The position numbers and the translations under genes were made by a program. From the IMG/VR virus record IMGVR_UViG_3300021957_000021: 20,000 nucleotides of DNA; one strand, 5' to 3'. The notes beneath the pieces were generated by a model. It saw only the letters and a program-made list of their open reading frames with translations, searched no databases and was not told the DNA's origin. Of the stretch, positions 1-7,167 are shown one piece after another. This stretch comes from an uncultured virus (IMG/VR IMGVR_UViG_3300021957_000021). Taxonomy: Duplodnaviria > Heunggongvirae > Uroviricota > Caudoviricetes. How positions within the stretch are numbered: the first letter of the stretch is position 1; the number at the start of each line of letters is the position of its first letter.

Positions 1-86
1 GTTAGCGAGTCATTCATTCAAGCTAACTTGATAAGACTCAAGAACATATCAAGACAAGTCGAAGGCAAGACAAAGGTTCTCTTATT

Positions 87-200
87 GGAGGAGGGTGTGG
101 CATAGCACCCCTCCCCCCTGCCCGCCTTGCTCGTATACCGACCCACCCCATTTTCCAAAAAAAACCACTAGTCACTTTGTGACAAAGTGGCGGGGGGTAC
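87..200. other. GC-rich structured non-coding block (C-tracts, G-tract, dyads); candidate genome terminus/packaging or origin region
   Basis: Imperfect hairpin GGAGGGTG..CACCCCTCC (90-114), C-tracts at 108-123 and 142-149, 17-bp dyad CACTTTGT-G-ACAAAGTG (173-189), GGGGGGTAC (192-200). No ORF in the track; far more GC-rich than the rest of the window. Confidence 0.45.
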
Positions 201-275
201 TATTTTTCAATATTTGCATTGTTTAAAATATTTTAAATTATTCGCTTGAATAAAAAAATAACCGACCCCTATTTG

Positions 276-281
276 GTGTAA
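276..281 (+). promoter_or_regulatory. GTGTAA putative phage promoter element
   Basis: GTGTAA, then 8 nt, then ATG at 290; no SD; same spacing as several other sites. Confidence 0.7.
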
Positions 282-289
282 AGCAAAGT

Positions 290-484
290 ATGAAAGAAGT
301 TGAGTTTTATAATGTAAAAAAGAAGACTAAAGTTCAGATAGCCGCCGAACTAGTCGAAAAGAAAACTTATCAAATGGTTACTAAGGGAGGGAAGGCATCT
401 AAGCGTTATGCGCTTAAAGCCGTGGACGAAGATGGAACTAAATTAACAAAATTTTGCAGCAAAACAGATTACGATAAACTTTAA
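290..484 (+). CDS. Small basic protein, possible nucleic-acid-binding/chromatin-type beta protein (CC1/Cren7-like pattern)
   Basis: 64 aa, Lys-rich; FYNVKKK...RYALKA..DGTKLTKF pattern recalls small archaeal-type chromatin proteins; GTGTAA upstream. Confidence 0.6.
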   Translation: MKEVEFYNVKKKTKVQIAAELVEKKTYQMVTKGGKASKRYALKAVDEDGTKLTKFCSKTDYDKL

Positions 485-1071
485 TGCTTTTCTATCAACT
501 TAGCGATTTCCCTCAATTAACTGAGTTAATCCAAAATTGGAAAATTATTAAAGAAGAATCTTCGCACCTCGACAATTATAACTTAAATATAAATAGAGTT
601 AATAAAGACCATGAAGTTGTAGCTGAAGAAATATTAAAAAAAATTGAATTAAATAAAAAAAATGGATGGGTTGATGGGTGGAATAACAAAGGCGAGGTAA
701 ATAAAAGCTGGATTCAATATGGATTAATTATTCATGATAAAGAAGTACCGCACAGTAATATGCCAAAAACTATAAAGTTATTAAAAAAAATAAAAGGAAT
801 AAAAGTTGCGGCACTAAACATACTAAAAGGTGAATCAATATTAGGAACTCACACTCATCCAGAAATGGTTACAGAAAAATTGGCGCAAATGCACATCTCT
901 CTTGACGCGCCAGAGCCGATGCAATCATATCTTTGCGTTAATGGAGATTTTTTTGAACATAAAACTGGCAATTATGTAATATTTAACGGAGCCTATCCTC
1001 ATTTTGCTATAAACGCAGGAAAAAAAGATAGAATGATTTTATATTTAGAGTTTAAAAAAAATAAATTATAA
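484..1071 (+). CDS. Aspartyl/asparaginyl beta-hydroxylase-domain Fe(II)/2OG dioxygenase
   Basis: W..YGL, P.T..LL..I, HTH, HISL, F...YPH.A.N.G..DR..L.LEF motifs typical of the Asp_Arg_Hydrox family; TAATG overlap with the upstream gene. Confidence 0.8.
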   Translation: MLFYQLSDFPQLTELIQNWKIIKEESSHLDNYNLNINRVNKDHEVVAEEILKKIELNKKNGWVDGWNNKGEVNKSWIQYGLIIHDKEVPHSNMPKTIKLLKKIKGIKVAALNILKGESILGTHTHPEMVTEKLAQMHISLDAPEPMQSYLCVNGDFFEHKTGNYVIFNGAYPHFAINAGKKDRMILYLEFKKNKL

Positions 1072-1073
1072 TA

Positions 1074-1670
1074 TTATACAGAACCTGTGGGGAATACTGC
1101 AGAAGAAACTCCAGCAACATCTGCACAACTTGTGACTTTAACAGTAAAGTCGTGAACATTTAATCCTGAGTCAGGTAAGTCAACATTTACTTGGAATACA
1201 AAATCACCAGAACCAGTATTCAAGTCTAAAGCATGAGTTAAGTGAATTGATTTGTTTTTATAATAGTCTTCGGGTTCGCCGCTATGATAGATATGAAAAT
1301 TTTGCACTTTTTCCCAAGTTGGACTCACTCCAGCTCCTGTAAATGCTATATTTGCATCCCCAGAGAATACTCCGCTTCCAGTTGCCGACTGGTTTAAGTT
1401 GATATCCCAATCTAAAATATAATCACCAGAATACAAAGTTAAAGCGTCAACTGTATTCAGATCTCCTGCAGTCCCTTCGCCAGATCCACCTACGACAGAA
1501 TCATCATCGAAAATAGCCTGTCTAACTCCTAATAATTGACCTCCAAGATATTTTGGCTCAATTGACTTTGTTGCCATTGTGGTTCCGTCTCCAACAATTA
1601 CAGGAACTCTGGAGTAAGAATTAATGTCTGATCCTGACGCTGTTAAAAGTTCTGATATTTTAGTACCCAT
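1074..1670 (-). CDS. Putative virion structural/fibre-associated protein
   Basis: 198 aa, acidic, Gly/Ser/Thr-rich and beta-like; N-terminal KISEL motif common in phage fibre proteins; GTGTAA 8 nt upstream. Confidence 0.6.
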   Translation of the reverse strand: MGTKISELLTASGSDINSYSRVPVIVGDGTTMATKSIEPKYLGGQLLGVRQAIFDDDSVVGGSGEGTAGDLNTVDALTLYSGDYILDWDINLNQSATGSGVFSGDANIAFTGAGVSPTWEKVQNFHIYHSGEPEDYYKNKSIHLTHALDLNTGSGDFVFQVNVDLPDSGLNVHDFTVKVTSCADVAGVSSAVFPTGSV

Positions 1671-1678
1671 AATATGGT

Positions 1679-1684
1679 TTACAC
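1679..1684 (-). promoter_or_regulatory. GTGTAA putative phage promoter element
   Basis: TTACAC on the + strand; 8 nt from the ATG at 1670 (minus strand). Confidence 0.7.
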
Positions 1685-1689
1685 TACTT

Positions 1690-2934
1690 TCAGCATATTT
1701 CTACCTCTAAAGTTTCTCCGCCCTCTGTGTTTATTTGAGTCCCATTTTCTCTAAGTAAGCTGCATAAGTCTATTTCAATTGATTCGCCGCAAGTTTCTAT
1801 ATCTAAATATACTCCATCTTCAGTATAAATTGGAAATTCATCTTCTTGTAGTAAGCTACAAAAATCAGGACACAATTCAACATCTATCGTTTGATTATCT
1901 TCTGCATTAAGGCTATCACCATTTTCTTGGGCTATAGAACATATATTAAAAACATTAACAGATCTAGATACTGTACTAAAACCTCCATCAAAATCAGTCA
2001 CGCTATAAACAACTGAATAATTATTTAATATAGATGTATCTACTGTATTTTCTATAGTTATTCTGTTTGTAATATCACCATCGTCTTTATCAAACGCAAC
2101 TGCACCTGCATCAATATAAGCCGATCCTTGAGGTGCATTGACTATAGGGCTACCAAGCAAACTAATAACAGGAAGGTTATTAATAACAACTACAGTTCTA
2201 CTTATAGATGATGTCAACCCACCAGAATCAGTTACCTGATAAGATACTTCATATACTCCGTTAACATTAGTATTCACGTTACTTGCTGTAATTATTGAGC
2301 TAGTTAAATCTCCGTCTTCAGGATCGTTTGCCGTTGCGCCTGCATCATTATAGGGCACTCCATTAAAATTTTGCACAAAACTGTTTCCAATAATCGTTAT
2401 GGTCGGCGGCTCATTCCATTCCACATTGACCGTTACTTCCATACTTTCCCTTCCAGCGTAATTATCAGCAAAAACAGTAAACACTATTTCAATATCATCT
2501 CCAGCACTATAACCTAAATCACCTAAATTAATAGTACCTTGCAATAATCCTGTATTAGAATTAAATGTAAGACCAGCAGGATAATTAATAGCAATATATA
2601 AAAATGGATAATTAATATCACCAATCATATTATCAGCTACAATTTGATAAGAAAAATTAAATTCTCTACTATTAGTTTCAATATTAATAACTGAATTAGA
2701 TGTTATGTTAGGAGGTGTTGCTTTAACTATTCCTCTAAATTCAGAAAACCGATAGGTTTTGAAGGTACTTCCCTCAGGAGCCAGTAATCCAATAGATGCA
2801 CCTTGATCGTTAAGTTCATTCGGCATCTTATATGGCGCGCTCCATCCAGCAACACTGGATGTACTAACTTTTTTAGAATTATTTTCTAAAAAACCACTAA
2901 TTTCAGAAAACTTTATTTCCCCTTGGTCAAACAT
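1690..2934 (-). CDS. Ig-like domain virion protein (putative Ig/He_PIG-like domain, two DUF5011-type Ig domains, three Cys-bounded C-terminal repeats)
   Basis: PAGLTFNSNTGLLQGT (He_PIG-like); two P.I.L.G...Y.DAGA.A.D..DGD.T..I....VDT...Y.V.Y.VTD..G...R.V.V units (DUF5011-like); three CSL..E.G..I..E....L..E.C repeats. Confidence 0.8.
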   Translation of the reverse strand: MFDQGEIKFSEISGFLENNSKKVSTSSVAGWSAPYKMPNELNDQGASIGLLAPEGSTFKTYRFSEFRGIVKATPPNITSNSVINIETNSREFNFSYQIVADNMIGDINYPFLYIAINYPAGLTFNSNTGLLQGTINLGDLGYSAGDDIEIVFTVFADNYAGRESMEVTVNVEWNEPPTITIIGNSFVQNFNGVPYNDAGATANDPEDGDLTSSIITASNVNTNVNGVYEVSYQVTDSGGLTSSISRTVVVINNLPVISLLGSPIVNAPQGSAYIDAGAVAFDKDDGDITNRITIENTVDTSILNNYSVVYSVTDFDGGFSTVSRSVNVFNICSIAQENGDSLNAEDNQTIDVELCPDFCSLLQEDEFPIYTEDGVYLDIETCGESIEIDLCSLLRENGTQINTEGGETLEVEIC

Positions 2935-3101
2935 GGGAATTCTTTTTCTATTATTTTAATTAATGGCTTAAGGTTCCCAGATTTTATGTAGTCTGCAGGA
3001 TAAGCTCCTTTTAACTTCTTATTTGGTTCTCCTAACCACATAGCCGCATCACGCGGACCTAAGTGCTCGCATAATCTTTGGAAAATTTGAAATTTATTCA
3101 T
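2913..3101 (-). CDS. Stand-alone Xre/MbcA/ParS C-terminal toxin-binding domain (DUF2384-like) protein
   Basis: A..WL..PN..L.G..P.DYI..G....L signature; 62 aa; GTGTAA 9 nt upstream. Confidence 0.7.
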   Translation of the reverse strand: MNKFQIFQRLCEHLGPRDAAMWLGEPNKKLKGAYPADYIKSGNLKPLIKIIEKEFPCLTKGK

Positions 3102-3110
3102 TATAATTAA

Positions 3111-3124
3111 TTACACTAGTGTAA
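3111..3124. promoter_or_regulatory. Perfect palindrome TTACACTAGTGTAA = back-to-back GTGTAA elements (divergent promoter)
   Basis: Lies between divergent genes 3101(-) and 3141(+); each half is the recurring motif pointing at its gene. Confidence 0.75.
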
Positions 3125-3140
3125 AATATATTTAAATAAC

Positions 3141-3869
3141 ATGCCACGTAAAAAAACTACGAAAAAAGAAGAGGCGTTTAAAATACCTCAATTAGCTAGC
3201 CCAGGTTTTAAGGTTGAAAATAAAAAATTAACTGAAAGACAAAAGGAGTTTCTATCTCTTTCTTTAGATCAAGATACGCGCATAATGTTTATATGCGGAC
3301 CAGCAGGCAGCTCAAAAACTTATATGGCTGTCTATTCCGCATTAAGGCATTTAAGTAATAATAATGATTATGATTTAATGTATATTAGAACTGTAATTGA
3401 AAGTGCTGATAAAGGGCTTGGCGCTTTGCCAGGCGATATTGCAGATAAATTTAATCCATATATAGCTCCCTTAAAAGACAAATTAGATGAAATGTTACCA
3501 GCTAAAAATACAGCTCCCTCGGTGATGAAAGAACTAATGGATGAAAGGGTAGATGCGTTGCCCATTAATTTCCTTAGAGGCGCTAATTGGATAGACAAAA
3601 TAGTTGTGGCTGATGAAGCGCAGAACTTTACATTTAAAGAGCTGACTACTCTAGTAACTAGACTCGGTAAAAATAGTAAATTATTTATATGTGGAGATTT
3701 TATGCAAAGCGACATTAATGGAAAAAGCGGATTCGGACCGATGTACGATTTATTTAATGACGAAGACAGTAAATTGAAAGGCATTCACTGCTTTCGATTT
3801 ACAAAAGATGACATCATGCGAGATGAATTGCTTAAATTTATAATTGGAAAACTTGAAAATAAAAAATAA
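3141..3869 (+). CDS. phoH: PhoH-family ATPase
   Basis: GPAGSSKT Walker A, LGALPGDI.DK..PY, LRG, ADEAQN, TRLG..SK..ICGD..QSD motifs. Confidence 0.93.
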   Translation: MPRKKTTKKEEAFKIPQLASPGFKVENKKLTERQKEFLSLSLDQDTRIMFICGPAGSSKTYMAVYSALRHLSNNNDYDLMYIRTVIESADKGLGALPGDIADKFNPYIAPLKDKLDEMLPAKNTAPSVMKELMDERVDALPINFLRGANWIDKIVVADEAQNFTFKELTTLVTRLGKNSKLFICGDFMQSDINGKSGFGPMYDLFNDEDSKLKGIHCFRFTKDDIMRDELLKFIIGKLENKK

Positions 3870-3890
3870 TTGTGTATATCTTTATATACG

Positions 3891-4457
3891 ATGGAACTTA
3901 TCTCAGCAGTTATAGGGGCAGTAACTACCCTGGCGGGCATCTACCTCGCTCATAGATTAAAATCAAAAAGAGATCCCTTGCCTAAGGATATAAATCGCAA
4001 CGATAATATTTATACTGCTCTTTCATACCTTATTGCCGAGACAGATGCTGATAGATGTTATGTCTATGAATTTCATAATGGAGACTATTATTATAGTGGC
4101 AATTCCCAGCAGAAATTCAGTAACACATACGAAATCGTTGAAGAAGGGATAAGTTGTGAATCATCTTCTGAGCATAATTTAAGAGTTTCAAATTATAACT
4201 TTTTTATTAAAGAATTAATTGAGGAAGGCGGTATATGTTACTCTAACACAGAAAAAATACCAGACCCGCTATTTAAAGAAAAAATGCATAACAAGGGCAT
4301 TAAAAGTATATCCTGCGTTCCAATTAAGTTGTTGAATGGCAAGATTATAGGGATCCTAGGAATTGACTATGTAAAACATACTGTAGATTGCGATCAAAAA
4401 ATGTTCGAATTACTTAAAAATCAGGCTCGAATTATCAGTGGCTATCTTGGAGATTAG
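3891..4457 (+). CDS. Single-TM + GAF-domain protein, possible T4 holin T-like
   Basis: Hydrophobic N-terminus (ELISAVIGAVTTLAGIYLA) followed by basic residues; GAF signature ADRCYVYEFHNG...GIKSISCVPI...GKIIGILGIDY. ATG 3891 preferred over TTG 3870; GTGTAT at 3872-3877. Confidence 0.65.
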   Translation: MELISAVIGAVTTLAGIYLAHRLKSKRDPLPKDINRNDNIYTALSYLIAETDADRCYVYEFHNGDYYYSGNSQQKFSNTYEIVEEGISCESSSEHNLRVSNYNFFIKELIEEGGICYSNTEKIPDPLFKEKMHNKGIKSISCVPIKLLNGKIIGILGIDYVKHTVDCDQKMFELLKNQARIISGYLGD

Positions 4458-4485
4458 TTGAATTTTATTTAATTAATTATATAAT
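4458..4485 (+). promoter_or_regulatory. Putative host sigma70-type promoter overlapping a 16-bp palindrome
   Basis: TTGAAT (4458-4463), 16 nt, TATAAT (4480-4485); ATG 5 nt later; TTAATTATATAATTAA at 4473-4488. Confidence 0.55.
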
Positions 4486-4490
4486 TAACT

Positions 4491-4835
4491 ATGAATATAG
4501 TTTATTGTACTAACTGTGGCCACAAAATAGAATACACATCTCCTTCTCCTAAATTTTGCCCTTCATGCGGTAGCAACATGGATGGATCAAAGGCTTCTGT
4601 AACCAACCCTCAAGTTGATGATATTGTTGTAGAAAAAATTCCATCTATATCTAAATTAGAGTACGAAATAGATGCGAGCAATGGTAATAGAGTTATTTCT
4701 GGAGGTGATTTAAAAAATATCTCCGAATCCCCTAAAAGAAAGGTTTCTAAGTCAAGTAATGATAACGAAGATCTTATCAAAGAAGGTATGCAGTTATGCA
4801 GGAAAAGCAAAAAGCAGACCGATATTGATGACTAG
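4491..4835 (+). CDS. Zinc-ribbon protein
   Basis: YCTNCG...KFCPSCG double CxxC at the N-terminus. Confidence 0.75.
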   Translation: MNIVYCTNCGHKIEYTSPSPKFCPSCGSNMDGSKASVTNPQVDDIVVEKIPSISKLEYEIDASNGNRVISGGDLKNISESPKRKVSKSSNDNEDLIKEGMQLCRKSKKQTDIDD

Positions 4836-5544
4836 GAAGAAAAAATTAAGCTACGAAGACTGTGTTGATGTAATTGATAATGAATTGCGCAAACGAAAGC
4901 ACAAATGGCGCCTCCACGCTCTCGCATGGATGGATTACGATGATGTCCAGCAAATAATTCGTGCTCATATTTACAAAAAATGGGATCAATGGGACCAGAA
5001 AAGAAGTTTAGCTCCTTGGATAAATAAAATAATATCCAATCAAATTAAGAATATATTCAGGAATTATTATACTAACTTTGCTAGACCTTGTTTAAACTGC
5101 CCATTCGCTCAATCTTCGGCTAGTGAACATGAAGAGGGCCACACTGGCTTATGTGGATTCACTCCAAGCGGGGTTCAATGTTCAGAGTGTCCATTATATT
5201 CTAAATGGGAGAAAACGAAAAAAAGTGCTCATGATATAAAAATGCCATTAGCTTTAGAGCATCATCCTCAAGAAGTATATAATATATCAGAAGAGCTAAC
5301 TGACATTTCTGAAGCAGAAAAAAAATTGCACACATTAATGGAATTTAAGTTATCTGATAAACATTATACAATTTATAAAATGATATATGTTGAGCATTTA
5401 CCAGAAGAAGAGGTTGCTAAAAAGATGGGTTATAAAAGTAATGAAAAGGGCAGAAAGGCTGGGTACAAGCAATTAAAAAACCTAAAGAAAATATTCATTG
5501 AGAAAGCAAAAGAAGTTATTGATAGAAAGGATATTATTTTATGA
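4828..5544 (+). CDS. Phage-encoded ECF-like sigma70-family RNA polymerase sigma factor with Cys-rich insertion
   Basis: Region-2-like DYDDVQQ...W...W.NKIISNQIKN; region-4-like LSDKHYTIY.M.Y.E.L..EEVAKKMG HTH; CLNC-x17-C-x8-CSEC between them. Start at ATG 4828 overlapping the upstream stop. Confidence 0.7.
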   Translation: MTRKKKLSYEDCVDVIDNELRKRKHKWRLHALAWMDYDDVQQIIRAHIYKKWDQWDQKRSLAPWINKIISNQIKNIFRNYYTNFARPCLNCPFAQSSASEHEEGHTGLCGFTPSGVQCSECPLYSKWEKTKKSAHDIKMPLALEHHPQEVYNISEELTDISEAEKKLHTLMEFKLSDKHYTIYKMIYVEHLPEEEVAKKMGYKSNEKGRKAGYKQLKNLKKIFIEKAKEVIDRKDIIL

Positions 5545-6602
5545 GCAAAATAGAATTAACGGAAACTCAAAAAACCTACCTAAGGGAAAATCACAAAAAA
5601 ATTCCAGATTTAATAAAACTGACTCAAAATACTTTTTTAGACGATACTCTAGATGGAAGATCAAAAGAAGGTAGAGCTGTTAAAGACTTCTTAGTTGAAG
5701 AGAGTTTAGATTACAATACAACAAAAAAAGAGAAAAAAGGGCCAATAGAACTCGCCGATGAACAAAAAGATGAGATTCTAGACTTAGCAGAAGACGGCTT
5801 AAACTCTTTCCAAATTGCTCAAATCATATTCCCCGAGGAAGAGGTAAAAAAGCTATCTACGGAGCAGCGAACGGTTATGGCTTATATTAAAGATGTAGCG
5901 CCAGACTTGCTGCAAAAAGATGAAAAACCAAGAGTGCGCGAGAAGTATCAGCCGCCAGATAGTTTTAACGGTGTAGTTAACTTAATATCAAATTATACTG
6001 GTGATGAATTGAATCCTGACGAAATAGGCTTGGTAGAGAAAAAATCAGCAGAAAAAATGTTACTATTCCTATCTGCGCCAAGATTTTTAAATACAATAAA
6101 TAATTATAGAGATAAAGATGATAGAGACTTATTCGAAGCTGAATTTGTAAGAGCTACCTGGGGGAAACCTGATTTAACTAGCGATGAAATTAATTTATAT
6201 ATTAATGTTTGCATCGATTACATTAATCTGAGAAATGTAAGCAGAAATATTGAGAAATTAAATAGAATGTTTAATGATGCTGATTCACAACAAGAGATGA
6301 CTGTAAGGCTGGCTGAGCTACTTAAGACAAAAAGTGAAGAGTACGATAAGTGTGAGAAAAGAATGGAATCTCTAATCAAAAAATTAAATGGTGATCGAGC
6401 TAAAAGGCTAGAGAATCGCCAATCTCAAAATGCATCAATATTATCATTAGTTGAAACTTTTCAAAATGAAAAAGAGCGAGCTGTGATGGTAAGAATGGCT
6501 GAAATGCAAAAAAAGTTAGTGAAAGAGGAAGCAGATCGCATGGAATCTATGGACTCCTGGAAAGCAAGAATATTAGGATTATCTAAAGACGATGCAGTAT
6601 AA
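5541..6602 (+). CDS. Conserved phage protein, putative terminase small subunit (HTH-like + coiled coil)
   Basis: ATGA coupling; duplicated IEL.E.QK..I motif, HTH-like GLNSFQIAQIIF, long C-terminal coiled coil; upstream of TerL. The TerS call is positional inference. Confidence 0.45.
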   Translation: MSKIELTETQKTYLRENHKKIPDLIKLTQNTFLDDTLDGRSKEGRAVKDFLVEESLDYNTTKKEKKGPIELADEQKDEILDLAEDGLNSFQIAQIIFPEEEVKKLSTEQRTVMAYIKDVAPDLLQKDEKPRVREKYQPPDSFNGVVNLISNYTGDELNPDEIGLVEKKSAEKMLLFLSAPRFLNTINNYRDKDDRDLFEAEFVRATWGKPDLTSDEINLYINVCIDYINLRNVSRNIEKLNRMFNDADSQQEMTVRLAELLKTKSEEYDKCEKRMESLIKKLNGDRAKRLENRQSQNASILSLVETFQNEKERAVMVRMAEMQKKLVKEEADRMESMDSWKARILGLSKDDAV

Positions 6603-7167
6603 GTATATCCAGCCCCAAAGGCTCCTGAATATCTATGATGAGATATTCACAGCTGAGTCAGTCCTCACAAAAGAAGCATGTAATTTATTAATTAATTCAT
6701 TTTCTGAGCAATGTAAATCTGCAACTGTCGCTGGAGTTAACGATGGTCAAAGAAATAATCTAAATACTGTCGCAATATCATCGCACCCTGTAGTTTCAGA
6801 AATTAAAAAATATTGCAGTCAAATTACAAAAACTAACATCTTATTTCAAGAAGAAGCGCAATTCATTAAATATGAGCCATCAATGTATTATGAAGAACAT
6901 TATGATTTTTTTGAAAACCCATATGCTATGTTACCAAGTCAGTTTGGAAAGCAAAGATGGTATAGTATACTATTTTACCTCAACAGTGGAAAAAAAGGTG
7001 GAGAAACTAGATTTCCTAAATTCAAGATGTCTTTTAAGCCTGAGGCGGGTAAAATGTTGATGTGGAAAAATTTAAAAAATAATCAGCCCAATTATGACAT
7101 GCTACATGAGTCTAAACCTACAGATGGCTGGACAAAATATGCGTTAATATTATGGATCAGAATGTAG
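6592..7167 (+). CDS. 2OG-Fe(II) oxygenase, prolyl-4-hydroxylase-like
   Basis: HYD, R..SILFYLN....GGET.FP, P.AG....W.N, H.S.P....K motifs. Confidence 0.88.
   Translation: MQYKYIQPQRLLNIYDEIFTAESVLTKEACNLLINSFSEQCKSATVAGVNDGQRNNLNTVAISSHPVVSEIKKYCSQITKTNILFQEEAQFIKYEPSMYYEEHYDFFENPYAMLPSQFGKQRWYSILFYLNSGKKGGETRFPKFKMSFKPEAGKMLMWKNLKNNQPNYDMLHESKPTDGWTKYALILWIRM

Noticed and set aside
87..200. tRNA or known ncRNA
   Set aside because: No cloverleaf, T-loop (GTTCRA) or other recognisable RNA family signature
2461..2748. AT-rich block as a DGR variable region
   Set aside because: No template-repeat copy or reverse transcriptase in the window
3368..3784. 138-aa minus-strand ORF
   Set aside because: Antisense shadow of phoH; no motif or start signals
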